Source: Candidatus Poribacteria bacterium (GTDB taxonomy: Bacteria; Poribacteria; WGA-4E; WGA-3G). From it: a stretch of 64,000 bases of DNA. Both the position numbers and the translations under genes were made by a program. Position 1 is the stretch's first letter; each line of letters starts with the position of its first letter. Location of the stretch: the NCBI GenBank assembly GCA_963665235.2, contig CAXXLX010000001.1:608001-672000 (forward strand). Reading direction: 5' to 3'. Shown piece by piece: positions 20,099 through 32,684 of the stretch. The notes beneath the pieces were generated by a model. That model worked only from the letters and a program-made list of their open reading frames with translations. It searched no databases and had not been told where the DNA came from.

Positions 20099-20890
20099 AT
20101 GGAAATTATCATTCAACCCACTTATCAGCAGCTTGCAGCTATTGCAGCAGAAATCGTTAGGGACGCGCTTATCAGAAAGCCGGACCTCGTCTTAGGGCTT
20201 GCCACCGGGAGTACACCGATAGGACTTTACAACACACTCGTCCGTATGCACAAGGAGGAGGGGCTCGATTTTTCAGAGGTCATTACCTTTAACCTAGACG
20301 AGTATGTCGGCATTCCGCATGACCATCCGCAAAGTTATCACACCTTCATGGCGAAACATTTTTTCGACCATGTCAACATTCCCGTAGCGAATCAGTATAT
20401 CCCGCAGAATACGGTGGCGAACCATGAGGCGTTCTGTCAAGCGTATGAAGACGCAATTGTTTCCGCCGGGGGGATTGATATCCAGGTGCTAGGGCTTGGG
20501 CTGGATGGACATATCGGTTTTAACGAGCCGAGTTCGTCCTTAACCTCCCGGACGCGCGTTAAAACCTTGACGCAAAGTACGCTTGTAGCGAATTCGGTGC
20601 ATTTTGGTGGAGACATCGCCGCGGTACCGAAGATGGCAATTACGATAGGAATCGGCACGATTATGGAGGCACGGCAGTGTCTGCTCCTGGCTTATGGTGA
20701 TTCCAAAGCAGGACCAATTGCACAAGCTGTGGAGGGGCCGATAACAGCATCGGTGCCAGCGTCAATTTTGCAGATGCACCCGCAGACAGTTGTTTTAATT
20801 GACGAAGCAGCAGCTTCACAATTGAAACGTGTGGATTACTACAAACAAGCTTACGCGAATAAACTGAAGTTGTTGTCTACGTCTACATAG
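20099..20890 (+). CDS. nagB: Glucosamine-6-phosphate deaminase
   Basis: LGLATGSTP, TFNLDEYVG, GHIGFNEP, PASILQMH. Confidence 0.95.
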   Translation: MEIIIQPTYQQLAAIAAEIVRDALIRKPDLVLGLATGSTPIGLYNTLVRMHKEEGLDFSEVITFNLDEYVGIPHDHPQSYHTFMAKHFFDHVNIPVANQYIPQNTVANHEAFCQAYEDAIVSAGGIDIQVLGLGLDGHIGFNEPSSSLTSRTRVKTLTQSTLVANSVHFGGDIAAVPKMAITIGIGTIMEARQCLLLAYGDSKAGPIAQAVEGPITASVPASILQMHPQTVVLIDEAAASQLKRVDYYKQAYANKLKLLSTST

Positions 20891-20910
20891 AGCCAGCCGC
20901 GTATTAGCAC

Positions 20911-22359
20911 TTAAGTGACCCCACCGTTATCCTCATCGTCACACAGACCGTATTCTTTGACTTTACGTTGGATTGTTCTCCGGCTGATTTCAAGGATTTT
21001 GGCTGCTTTTGCTTTGTTATTATCCACATATTCCAACGTAGCGCGGAGAACTTCCCGGTTAACCTCATCAAGCGACATGCCGATTGCAATGTTGAGCTGC
21101 GGTTCGCCCGGGGCCATGGAGTCAAGTGTCCGAAGGGTTGGAACTGAAGATATATTAGTATTCACTGCATCCGTTGTTTTAAGGATGCGCTCGGGAAGAG
21201 CAGCTAATTCTAAGCTAGGTTGCGTTGACATAACGACGAGCCCCTCAATGCAGTTTTTCAGTTCACGCACATTTCCGGGCCAATCGTATTTCATTAAGGC
21301 CCGTATCGCTTCAGGCGGAAGCGTTCTCAAGGATTTTCCATTCTCCTTACAAAATTCTTCAAGAAAATCTTTGACCAGCAGCGGGATGTCCTCAATACGC
21401 TCCTGAAGTGTCGGGAGGTTAATAGAAACAACGTTCAGCCGGTCGTAAAGGTCCGGTAGGAATGCCCCGTTGCTGCAGGCGGCTTCCAGGTCATGATTGG
21501 TTGCACAGACGATGCGTACGTCGACCTGAATCGTCTTATCTCCGCCGACGCGCTCAAATTCGCGTTCCTCAAGGACGCGCAGGAGCCGGGCTTGATTGGC
21601 GAGGCTGAGCTGCGAGACTTCATCCAGGAAGAGCGTCCCGCCGTGAGCAAGTTCAAATCTCCCTTTGCGTTGATAATAGGCACCACTGAATGCACCACGC
21701 TCATGCCCGAAGAGTTCCGATTCAGCGAGGTTTTCATTGAGTGTGGCACAATTAAACGCAATTAGACTCCCCTGCCGGAGACTCCGATGGTGAATAGCAC
21801 GGGCAACTAACTCTTTGCCGGTCCCCCGGGCACCGTAAATCATAACTGTTGCCTTCGTCGGTGCAATCTGGGTAATCATCTCCCGTATATGCATGAGTTG
21901 CGGCGATTTACCGGTTAGGCGACAGAGCCCCTCATTTGCATCAATTTGGGATTGGAGTTGACGATTCTCAAGCGTCAACCGTTGGCTCTGAAGCGTTTTC
22001 TGTAGAAGTGCTTTCAGGTGAACAGGATTCAGCGGTTTCGGAAGAAAATAGGTGCCTTCATGGGCGAACATCGCCTTGATACCGATATCCGTTTCCAAAA
22101 CGTTCAGCTCCGTAATGAAAATAATCCCAGCATCCGGATGGTGTCGGGTAGCAACTTCTAATAGGGCTAACCCATCAATCCGGTCGGCTTTCAGCGGTGC
22201 AATCAGGATGTCCATCTTCAGATGCTCAATCTGATGGAACGCTTGATACATGTTGCGTATGGCAATCAGATTATGTCCCTCCGCGCTAAGGGCGTGGCAG
22301 ATAATTTCGCATTGCCGCGGGTCAGAATGTACAATCATCACGTTTTTCTGCATATCCAT
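20911..22359 (-). CDS. Sigma54-dependent transcriptional regulator (NtrC-like, degenerate receiver domain)
   Basis: GARGTGKE, ESELFGHERGAFSGA, LFLDEV, WPGNVREL, C-terminal Fis-type HTH. Confidence 0.9.
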   Translation of the reverse strand: MDMQKNVMIVHSDPRQCEIICHALSAEGHNLIAIRNMYQAFHQIEHLKMDILIAPLKADRIDGLALLEVATRHHPDAGIIFITELNVLETDIGIKAMFAHEGTYFLPKPLNPVHLKALLQKTLQSQRLTLENRQLQSQIDANEGLCRLTGKSPQLMHIREMITQIAPTKATVMIYGARGTGKELVARAIHHRSLRQGSLIAFNCATLNENLAESELFGHERGAFSGAYYQRKGRFELAHGGTLFLDEVSQLSLANQARLLRVLEEREFERVGGDKTIQVDVRIVCATNHDLEAACSNGAFLPDLYDRLNVVSINLPTLQERIEDIPLLVKDFLEEFCKENGKSLRTLPPEAIRALMKYDWPGNVRELKNCIEGLVVMSTQPSLELAALPERILKTTDAVNTNISSVPTLRTLDSMAPGEPQLNIAIGMSLDEVNREVLRATLEYVDNNKAKAAKILEISRRTIQRKVKEYGLCDDEDNGGVT

Positions 22360-22367
22360 GTATATCC

Positions 22368-22829
22368 TTAAGAAATAAATTCTAACTGCTTCCGAACAAT
22401 CTGACTAACTAAACCGTTATCCGCCTTGCCACGCACCTGCGGAATCAGTTTACCCATCACCTTTCCCATATCCCGTATTGAGGTGGCACCTAACTCGTTA
22501 ATGACGTTGGTCGCCAGTTCTGTGATTTCTGGCTCGGAGAGTTGCGGTGGGAGAAACTGTGCCAACACCTCAATTTGCTGAGATTCCATCTCAATGAGTT
22601 CCGTGCGGTCGCTGTCTTTTAATTGGGCGATAACCTCTCTCCGCTTTTTTATCTGGTTCGCGATGATTTCTAGCACACCCGCATCATCTAACGGTTTCCG
22701 TAGCTCAATTTCTTTATCCCGAATTGCACTGCGGACCATCCGAATTGCTGCCAATCGGGATTTGTCTCGCGCCTTCATTGCCTGTTTCATTGCGTTTGTT
22801 AATTGCTCTTGAAGTGTTGCTATTGCCAT
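22368..22829 (-). CDS. GatB/YqeY domain protein
   Basis: MKQAMKARDK.RL..IR, FLP.QLSE, DMGKVMG, GKAD. Confidence 0.92.
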   Translation of the reverse strand: MAIATLQEQLTNAMKQAMKARDKSRLAAIRMVRSAIRDKEIELRKPLDDAGVLEIIANQIKKRREVIAQLKDSDRTELIEMESQQIEVLAQFLPPQLSEPEITELATNVINELGATSIRDMGKVMGKLIPQVRGKADNGLVSQIVRKQLEFIS

Positions 22830-22856
22830 AAGATTTTCCTTTTTTTCTCTAGATTT

Positions 22857-23324
22857 ACCTAAGTTGCCACATAGTAGCATAATCTTCCAGATTGTGCATA
22901 TTTGTGTGCGAATTGGAAGGGAACGGGACAAATATTACCTAATTATCAGCATATTTTCAGTAAAGACGGTGTTTCCAAGTCTAAAAACTTATAAGTAGCA
23001 ACTTGGGTAGATTTACCTAAGTTGCCACATAGTAGCATAATCTTCCAGATTGTGCATATTTGTGTGCGAATTGGAAGGGAACGGGACAAATATTACCTAA
23101 TTATCAGCATATTTTCAGTAAAGACGGTGTTTCCAAGTCTAAAAACTTATAAGTAGCAACTTGGGTAGATTTACCTAAGTTGCCACATAGTAGCATAATC
23201 TTCCAGATTGTGCATATTTGTGTGCGAATTGGAAGGGAACGGGACAAATATTACCTAATTATCAGCATATTTTCAGTAAAGACGGTGTTTCCAAGTCTAA
23301 AAACTTATAAGTAGCAACTTGGGT
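22857..23324. mobile_element. Tandem trimer of 152-bp MITE family A (period 158 bp)
   Basis: Copies start at 22857, 23015 and 23173, joined by AGATTT; outer TSD TAGATTT (22850-22856, 23325-23331). Confidence 0.9.
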
Positions 23325-23500
23325 TAGATTTGCTCAATGTTCCTTCCAATAGATTATAACCTATACGATTGTAATTTGTCAATCGGAATTAATTCTGGAA
23401 ATAAATGTGGATTAAAATAGTGAACGGTGGTATAATACTATACATGTAAAATTGTCTGGTCAAAATTATTCAACTGTTTTTGGGAGAGATTTTTATCAAA

Positions 23501-24094
23501 ATGGACGATAACAATTTAAAAAAACTATATATAGCTGGCGGCATAACCGGAATTATAAGTGGTGTCCTTATGGCATTCACAAGTTATTGGTTTGCTTTCC
23601 AGGAGGGGCACTATGGCATTGTACACGGTATCGGGGTGCCGATGCTTATCTTACTTGTCCCGACGCTCCTCGCTTTGTCCAAATTACTCATCGGAGAAGC
23701 GAGAACGAGAACGCTCTTAGGCGCAACGTTTGCAGCACTCTGGATTGTGTTGGAACTGATAGCGCGCTGCGCTCAGACAGCCCCAATGGCGACGTTCTAT
23801 AATCTTGCAGATGAAATAGGGGCGATTGAGCAGGTATGGAAGGAATGGATAGAGGCACTGATGTACCTTAGCGCGTTCCTCTTTGCCGTTATGGCGTTCT
23901 GTTACGGGCTTGCTCTCCGTTCCTGGGGAAATGCCATTTCTGGCTACCTGTTCCTATTTGCTGCTATCGTTTTTCCAGTTACATTTTATCATAGCGCCCT
24001 GCATCTTGCGATTCGGAGCCTTGCATTCCTATTTCTCGGCGGGGTACTGATACAGCGGGCTAGTACAACAGAGGAGGATGAGTGGCCAACCTGA
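23501..24094 (+). CDS. Hypothetical integral membrane protein
   Basis: About six hydrophobic segments. Confidence 0.7.
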   Translation: MDDNNLKKLYIAGGITGIISGVLMAFTSYWFAFQEGHYGIVHGIGVPMLILLVPTLLALSKLLIGEARTRTLLGATFAALWIVLELIARCAQTAPMATFYNLADEIGAIEQVWKEWIEALMYLSAFLFAVMAFCYGLALRSWGNAISGYLFLFAAIVFPVTFYHSALHLAIRSLAFLFLGGVLIQRASTTEEDEWPT

Positions 24095-24162
24095 CATCAG
24101 GAAACCCTATTGCAGTAAAACCCCCAGTGTGATTGCTATGACCTCCGCCATTAATGGATGCG

Positions 24163-24990
24163 CTACGGCATGTTTATCTCGTCAGAGGGTTCTGTCCGCT
24201 CTTCCGACATGTCGTCATCATTTAGCAACCGCTCCAACTCTGCTAATAGGTCTGTGTCCTCCTCTTCATCCGCCTCTTCATCGATGTGTGCGTCGGGTTC
24301 GGTGCCGAGTGAAGCCAAATCGGCGCGGAATTCTATGAGGTTGCTGAGATAACGTTCCCGGGTGATATTTTCCGCTTCCTCCTGTTCCTCGCGTAAACAT
24401 TCGCCACAGAACGCGCCAATCTGCTGTATGCCCGCGTCAATTTGTTGTAAGGCTGCGGCTGTGTCATTCTCTTCTAAACGCAACTTCGCTTTGGCAATGC
24501 TGTTCATCATAAGCATATAACCTTTATATTGATAGCTCTGCCAAGCGATTTCTGCGGGCGCGCATTCGTACGCAAAATCGGTTACAGCAAGATTCATGTC
24601 CGTATCCCGGGCGACATCTGCCCACCTTTTAATCCCCGCGAACAGAAGATACCGGGTATATCGATGGAAAGATTCGTCAAACATGAGCTCCCATTCGTCA
24701 ACACTCAATTCAAACCCTTCGCGGGTACCATGCTGCTCCTGATATGTTTCCAGCTTTCCGAAAAAATAATCGAAATAGGAATCCATACCGTGCGGACGCG
24801 CCCCATCGGGCCGGCCCGTGGCATAAATACGTGAGACAGTAAAAACATTCGGTTGCAAGATAATTACTTCCCTGCCATCCTCAATTTCTAAAACCCGAAC
24901 GGGATGCTCCATGTCAATATTTAGAACCTGAAAGATTCTATCGAGGGCTTGCACCCAGCGGGTATTTCTTTCAATAGACTGATGTGCCAT
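24163..24990 (-). CDS. Conserved hypothetical protein (GRPDG-x-RPHG family, resembles planctomycete UvrB/C-motif-associated proteins)
   Basis: GRPDGARPHG..SYFDY and ES..RY.RY...RDT..NL motifs; acidic tail. Confidence 0.6.
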   Translation of the reverse strand: MAHQSIERNTRWVQALDRIFQVLNIDMEHPVRVLEIEDGREVIILQPNVFTVSRIYATGRPDGARPHGMDSYFDYFFGKLETYQEQHGTREGFELSVDEWELMFDESFHRYTRYLLFAGIKRWADVARDTDMNLAVTDFAYECAPAEIAWQSYQYKGYMLMMNSIAKAKLRLEENDTAAALQQIDAGIQQIGAFCGECLREEQEEAENITRERYLSNLIEFRADLASLGTEPDAHIDEEADEEEDTDLLAELERLLNDDDMSEERTEPSDEINMP

Positions 24991-25078
24991 TTTTTATCCT
25001 TTTCTATGGTATATTTACCACATTATACCAAAGGTGTCTTCTTTCTACAATACTTTTGTTTATAGTAAAGCTTTGGTA

Positions 25079-28000
25079 TTAATTGTAGTAATCTTGAAGC
25101 GGTTTGACAGAAATCTCTCCGCTCTGTAACGCGTCAATAGCACTAACCGCTGCCGCAGCACCGGGAATAGTTGAGAAGATGGGAATATCATGCTCTATTG
25201 CCATTTGACGGATGAGCAGCTCGTTGGGCCGGTGCAAATCCCCTGTTGGTGTATTGATAATAAGGTCGACAGCGTGATTTTTGATATAGTCATGAATCGT
25301 CGGTCTCCCTTTTCCGATGCTATAGACAAGTTCAACATCCATGCCGTTACGGAGCAGGACTTTCGCAGTACCGTGGGTAGCGATAAGCTTGAACCCCATG
25401 TCGATGAGTTTTTTGGCAATGAAAATCACCGCACGCTTATCTTTGTTGCGTACACTGATAAAGGCGTTGCCGGTGAGCGGTAACGTATAACCGCACGCTT
25501 TTTGCGCCTTGGCAAACGCCCGCGAGACATCATCATCTATTCCCATAACTTCGCCTGTGGATTTCATTTCAGGCCCGAGCCGGGAGTTCGCCCCAGGAAA
25601 TCGATTGAATGGGAAGACAGGTGCTTTGACGTTGAAATAGGCGGGTATAATTTCGTCAGTAAACCCAAGTTCCGGAAGCGTTTTACCTGCCATCACGCGA
25701 GCCGCCAATTTTGCCAGAGGCACACCGATAGCCTTGCTCACAAATGGAATCGTCCGAGATGCACGCGGATTCACCTCTAAGACGTAAATGTCATCGTTCT
25801 TAATTGCGTATTGCACGTTCATCAACCCCCGAACCCGCAGAGCATTCGCAAGGGAGTAGGTATATTCCTTAAGACGTTCAATCTGCTCATCTACCAATGT
25901 ATAGGGCGGAAGCACACAGTCGCTGTCCCCAGAGTGCACACCTGCTTCCTCAATGTGTTCCATGATACCGCCGATGACAGTAAGCGTTCCATCGGAGATG
26001 GCATCAACATCGACCTCAATTGCCTCCTCAAGGTATTTGTCAATAAGCACTGGGTGTTCAGGTGATGCTTGGACAGCGGAGTGCATATATTCTTGGAGAC
26101 GTTCCCGGTCGTAAACGATTTGCATGGCGCGTCCGCCTAGAACGTAGGAGGGACGGACAATCACGGGGTAGCCGAGTGCCTCAGCAATAGGTGCCGCTTC
26201 ATCAGTAGAGGTTGCAGTACCGTTTGGCGGTTGCATCAGTCCGATATCATCCAGCACCTCTTTGAAAAGTCGCCGGTCTTCGGAGCGGGCGATATCTTCA
26301 GGACTTGTGCCAATAATCGGTACACCCGCCGCTTTTAGCGGTAGCGCAAGGTTTAGCGGAGTCTGCCCACCGAACTGAACGATAACCCCAGAGGGCCGCT
26401 CCTTGTCGAAGATATTCAGAACATCTTCACACGTCAACGGTTCAAAATAGAGCCTATCAGATGTGTCGTAATCGGTGCTCACCGTTTCAGGGTTGCTATT
26501 TACCATGATGGTTTCATAACCATCTGCCTTGAGTGCCATGGCGGCGTGTACGCAACAGTAATCAAATTCTATGCCTTGCCCGATTCGGTTGGGCCCGCCG
26601 CCCAATATCATGATTTTCTCTCTATCTGTTTGGCGGACTTCATCCTCGGTGGAACAGGTTGAATAGTAGTAAGGGGTCTCCGCTTCAAATTCCGCTGCAC
26701 AGGTATCGACAGTTTTGAAGGTTGCCTCAATACCGAGGGTTTTGCGTGTGGCTCGTATGACATCTTCTGGCATGTCATAAATTTCAGCGAGCTGCCGGTC
26801 TGAAAATCCCAGCTGTTTTGCCTGCCGAAGGAGTGGCGAAATAGTAGGCGGAAAGACAGACGGTTCAGCCTGTTTTTCCTCTGCCCCCCCTTTATCCTCG
26901 CGCAGGCGGGGGGGACAGGCTTTGACAGTTTCTGCTATTAATTGCTTTGTGTCCGGTGTGGACAATACCTTTTCAAAATTAACAATCTCTTGGAGATTGT
27001 ACAGAAAAAACGGGTCGATTTGTGTATAGCCGTAAATCTCCTCAATGCTCATCCCACGTTTGAGCGCGGATTTGATGTAAAAGAGACGTTCAACGTTCGG
27101 TATTCTTAATTTACTTGGAAGCTCGGAGCGCGGCAAATCTTGGAGCGGGTGGTTATCGAAACCGAACCAGCCGGTTTCTAAGGAACGCAAACCTTTCTGA
27201 AGTGCCTCCTTAAATGTTCTGCCGATAGACATCGCCTCCCCTACCGATTTCATCTGTGTTGTCAGTGTTTCATCGGTGCCCTGAAACTTTTCAAACGCCC
27301 ACCTCGGTATTTTGACGACAACGTAATCTATAGTCGGTTCGAAGCAGGCAGGGGTTTCCGCGGTAATATCGTTCGGAATTTCGTCCAAGTTATAACCGAC
27401 CGCTAACTTCGCTGCAATTTTCGCGATTGGAAACCCTGTCGCTTTTGAGGCGAGCGCGGAGCTGCGGGAGACACGCGGGTTCATCTCTATCACAACCTGC
27501 TCACCTGTCTGCGGATGCACAGCAAACTGGATATTGGAACCACCTGTATCTACACCGATTTCACGAATAATTTTTATGGCGGAATCGCGCATCAACTGAT
27601 ATTCTTTGTCTGTTAATGTTTGGATAGGCGCAACGGTAATACTGTCCCCAGTGTGAACGCCCATCGGGTCTACGTTTTCAATGGAGCAGATAATCACGAC
27701 GTTGTCTGCCCCGTCACGCATCACCTCTAACTCAAATTCTTTCCAACCGATGACAGATTCTTCGATAAGCAATTCGCTGATTGGGCTTAAGGCGAGGCCA
27801 GCCGTGACCATCCTCCGGTATTCCTCAATATTGTAGGCAATGCCGCCGCCTGTCCCACCCAGTGTGAACGCAGGACGGATGATTGCGGGAAAACCGATTT
27901 CATCAACAAGGGCAACCGCCTCCTCTACCGAATGTGCAATGCCACTCTTGGGCACCGCCAAACCGATTTTCTGCATCGCCTGTTTGAAGAGCGCGCGGTC

Positions 28001-28390
28001 CTCCGCCTTCTGAATAGCGGGCAGTTTGGCACCAATCAGTTCAACCCCGTATCTATCCAGGACACCGGACTCCGCCAATTCAACCGAAACGTTTAGAGCG
28101 GTTTGACCGCCTAATGTAGGTAATAACGCTTGGGGTCGCTCTTTTTCTATAACCAACGTAACGGTATCCGCTGTAATCGGTTCTATGTATGTCCGGTCGG
28201 CGAAATCGGGGTCGGTCATAATTGTCGCAGGGTTGCTGTTGACAAGTACAATCTGATACCCCTCCTCTTTGAGGGCTTTGCATGCTTGTGTTCCGGAGTA
28301 ATCAAACTCGCATGCCTGCCCGATGATAATCGCACCGGAACCGATAATTAAGATTTTTTGTATATCTGTTCGTTTTGGCAATTGAATCAC
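25079..28390 (-). CDS. carB: Carbamoyl-phosphate synthase large subunit
   Basis: [44 protein letters not shown] domain. Confidence 0.98.
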   Translation of the reverse strand: MIQLPKRTDIQKILIIGSGAIIIGQACEFDYSGTQACKALKEEGYQIVLVNSNPATIMTDPDFADRTYIEPITADTVTLVIEKERPQALLPTLGGQTALNVSVELAESGVLDRYGVELIGAKLPAIQKAEDRALFKQAMQKIGLAVPKSGIAHSVEEAVALVDEIGFPAIIRPAFTLGGTGGGIAYNIEEYRRMVTAGLALSPISELLIEESVIGWKEFELEVMRDGADNVVIICSIENVDPMGVHTGDSITVAPIQTLTDKEYQLMRDSAIKIIREIGVDTGGSNIQFAVHPQTGEQVVIEMNPRVSRSSALASKATGFPIAKIAAKLAVGYNLDEIPNDITAETPACFEPTIDYVVVKIPRWAFEKFQGTDETLTTQMKSVGEAMSIGRTFKEALQKGLRSLETGWFGFDNHPLQDLPRSELPSKLRIPNVERLFYIKSALKRGMSIEEIYGYTQIDPFFLYNLQEIVNFEKVLSTPDTKQLIAETVKACPPRLREDKGGAEEKQAEPSVFPPTISPLLRQAKQLGFSDRQLAEIYDMPEDVIRATRKTLGIEATFKTVDTCAAEFEAETPYYYSTCSTEDEVRQTDREKIMILGGGPNRIGQGIEFDYCCVHAAMALKADGYETIMVNSNPETVSTDYDTSDRLYFEPLTCEDVLNIFDKERPSGVIVQFGGQTPLNLALPLKAAGVPIIGTSPEDIARSEDRRLFKEVLDDIGLMQPPNGTATSTDEAAPIAEALGYPVIVRPSYVLGGRAMQIVYDRERLQEYMHSAVQASPEHPVLIDKYLEEAIEVDVDAISDGTLTVIGGIMEHIEEAGVHSGDSDCVLPPYTLVDEQIERLKEYTYSLANALRVRGLMNVQYAIKNDDIYVLEVNPRASRTIPFVSKAIGVPLAKLAARVMAGKTLPELGFTDEIIPAYFNVKAPVFPFNRFPGANSRLGPEMKSTGEVMGIDDDVSRAFAKAQKACGYTLPLTGNAFISVRNKDKRAVIFIAKKLIDMGFKLIATHGTAKVLLRNGMDVELVYSIGKGRPTIHDYIKNHAVDLIINTPTGDLHRPNELLIRQMAIEHDIPIFSTIPGAAAAVSAIDALQSGEISVKPLQDYYN

Positions 28391-28456
28391 TAGCCTCCGC
28401 TCGCCTACTGCCCATTGTTACAGGCGGGTTTGTGTCTAATTTGATAGATTACGCTT

Positions 28457-29605
28457 CTACTTAAGTGCCTCATAATCGTCCATCAGCTGCGTGAATTGTG
28501 AAAACAGATAGCTCGCATCGTGCGGGCCGGGCGATGCCTCCGGGTGATACTGTACAGAAAAAATGGGATACTCCCGATGTTGTATCCCTTCAAGTGTGTC
28601 GTCATTCAAGTTGATATGCGTAACGTCTACGGTGTTTGGAAGTGCGTCGATATCGACGCAGAACCCATGGTTTTGAGAGGTAATCTCAACTTTGTCGTTT
28701 TGTAAGTGTTTTACAGGTTGATTCGCGCCCCGATGCCCAAACTTGAGTTTATAGGTTTTCCCGCCGAGTGCAAGTCCTAAGAGTTGGTGTCCCAAACAGA
28801 TACCAAAAAGCGGTTTTTTACCCATCAGTTCTTGGATTGTCCGAATCGCATAGTGTAGCGGCATTGGGTCTCCCGGGCCGTTTGAGAGGAACACCCCATC
28901 CGGTGCTGCGGCAAGGATTTCCTCAGCGGTTGTCGTAGCAGGGACAACCTGTACTTCGCACCCGTGTGCTGTTAATTGACGTAAGATATTATATTTGATG
29001 CCGAAATCCATCGCCACCACGCGGTACTTTCCAGCTTCGGTAGGAGCAAGCTCCCGATTGTGACCCTCTATCCACTCGACATCTCGCTCGCGCCATGCAT
29101 AAGGATTCGGACAGGTAACCCGTTTCACAAGGTCCCTGCCGACTAACCCGTGCCATGCTTGTGCCTTAGCAACGAGGCTCGCTGCGTCAAGGTTTCCCCC
29201 CGCATCTGCTGTGGCAAGACAACCGTTCATCACACCGTGTACGCGAAGGCGACGCGTTAGTGCCCGGGTATCAATCTGCTGAATACCGATAATCCCATGG
29301 TCGGCGAGATAGGTGTCTAAACTCCATTTTGAACGGTAGTTGCTATAATACGCGCTATATTCCCGCACAACAAAACCTTCTACTTGCGGCCCAATGGATT
29401 CAACATCCAATTCGTTACAACCGTAGTTGCCAATTAACGGATACGTCATTGTGACGATTTGCGCTTTATAAGATGGGTCCGTTAAAACCTCCTGGTAGCC
29501 TGTCATACTTGTGTTGAAGACCACCTCACCGACAGTTTCGCCTGTTGCACCGAACTGTTCTCCCTCAAAAACTGTACCATCCGCTAACGCGAGCATTGCT
29601 TTCAT
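28457..29605 (-). CDS. carA: Carbamoyl-phosphate synthase small subunit
   Basis: GEVVFNTSMTGYQE, LSNGPGDP, GICLGHQ, QYHPEASPGPHD; the ORF-track extension to 29797 is repeat-derived. Confidence 0.97.
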   Translation of the reverse strand: MKAMLALADGTVFEGEQFGATGETVGEVVFNTSMTGYQEVLTDPSYKAQIVTMTYPLIGNYGCNELDVESIGPQVEGFVVREYSAYYSNYRSKWSLDTYLADHGIIGIQQIDTRALTRRLRVHGVMNGCLATADAGGNLDAASLVAKAQAWHGLVGRDLVKRVTCPNPYAWRERDVEWIEGHNRELAPTEAGKYRVVAMDFGIKYNILRQLTAHGCEVQVVPATTTAEEILAAAPDGVFLSNGPGDPMPLHYAIRTIQELMGKKPLFGICLGHQLLGLALGGKTYKLKFGHRGANQPVKHLQNDKVEITSQNHGFCVDIDALPNTVDVTHINLNDDTLEGIQHREYPIFSVQYHPEASPGPHDASYLFSQFTQLMDDYEALK

Positions 29606-29612
29606 CTTTGAT

Positions 29613-30363
29613 ATTTCCTTGCGGTTTGATATTTTTAAGATTTCCTTGCGGTTTGATAAGGCAGGTCTCATAAACCACCCGCCTCGCCATATATCCAGCC
29701 CTTCACGTTGTTCGGGCTTACCCAAACGCTTAACTTCACGCCTTCCCCCCGCTCGCGGGGGATAAAGGGGGGTAAAACACCGAAAAAAATCATGCACACC
29801 TAATGAACTTTGACGTTCAAGTTAGGTATTCGTAGGGCCGGGGTCTCCACGCCCGAGCTACAGAAACTCACAAACCAAGCGGGTTGGGGAGCCCAACCCC
29901 TACGTATTCAACTACCGATTTTGATTGTCAAATTTGATTAGATAAACCGCTCGTAGTAGGGAAACCATTCATTGCCCATCGATTGCACGGACATTTATTA
30001 TCAAGCTCCCGTTATGTTACCAATTTGCCTCTGTCCTATTCGGTATTAGCCCCATCGGGGCGATATGTTTATAGAATGTTGGCTTATGGCGATTGGCTTA
30101 TGGAAACCAATGGCAAGAGGTTGTAATTCTAATCAACGCTTTGACGCGCGTCAGAGGGTTCGGAATACTCTCTTGCTAATTGCTAATTGCTAATTGCTAA
30201 TTGCCAAATCCGTGTAATCCGCGATTCTGACAAAAAGAACGACATCCTAACCTCTAATCACAAAACGTGGAGTGTTACGCACCTTAAAATCCGCGCAATC
30301 CGAGATTCAGAGAACACCCGCGAAATCCACGCTTCCACCCTTCCACCCTTCCATCCTTCCATC
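29613..30363. repeat. Intergenic patchwork of REP-like palindromes and short tandem repeats between pyrC and carA
   Basis: ATTTCCTTGCGGTTTGATA x2, CCCCCCGCTCGCGGGGGATAAAGGGGGG, GTAGGGCCGGGG.., GTAGTAGGGAAACC.., TAGCCCCATCGGGGCG..TTTATAGAA, (TTGCTAA)n, (CCTTCCA[CT])n. Confidence 0.75.
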
Positions 30364-30408
30364 TATCCCTTTGACAAAACTTTGTGCCCCCCTAAAATTG
30401 TCCAAAGT

Positions 30409-32427
<2,019 letters not shown>

Positions 32428-32574
32428 ATGGATTAAAAGCAAAACCGATGGTGCAAAATTGATGGGAATTTTATGCTGGACTCCCGATGTTTCTATCGAG
32501 AAGCATGCGGGCCGAGTGTCCGTTCGCTGTGAGAAATTATAGGCAATGTCAAGCCTCAAAGTGTCGTGTAACAT

Positions 32575-32609
32575 CCTTTTTCCACCTCTCCGGATGGGAT
32601 TAAAAAGGG
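32575..32609 (-). promoter_or_regulatory. PyrR-binding RNA loop (pyr attenuator)
   Basis: Minus strand CCCTTTTTAATCCCATCCGGAGAGGTGGAAAAAGG resembles the CUUUAA...UCCnGnGAGG...AAGG PyrR site consensus. Confidence 0.85.
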
Positions 32610-32641
32610 TTTCTGAACATCAAAGTTAATCATTCACACAT

Positions 32642-32670
32642 ATTATAACATATTTACCACAAAATTGCAA
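32642..32670 (-). promoter_or_regulatory. Putative sigma70 promoter of pyr operon
   Basis: TTGCAA-17 nt-TATAAT with TG extension. Confidence 0.65.
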
Positions 32671-32684
32671 ATTTTAAATACGAC

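Noticed and set aside
22830-22931. N-terminal extension of YqeY in the ORF track
   Set aside because: Derived from MITE sequence; the real start is probably ATG 22829
29606-29797. N-terminal extension of CarA
   Set aside because: Read-through of intergenic repeats; the conserved start is MKAMLAL
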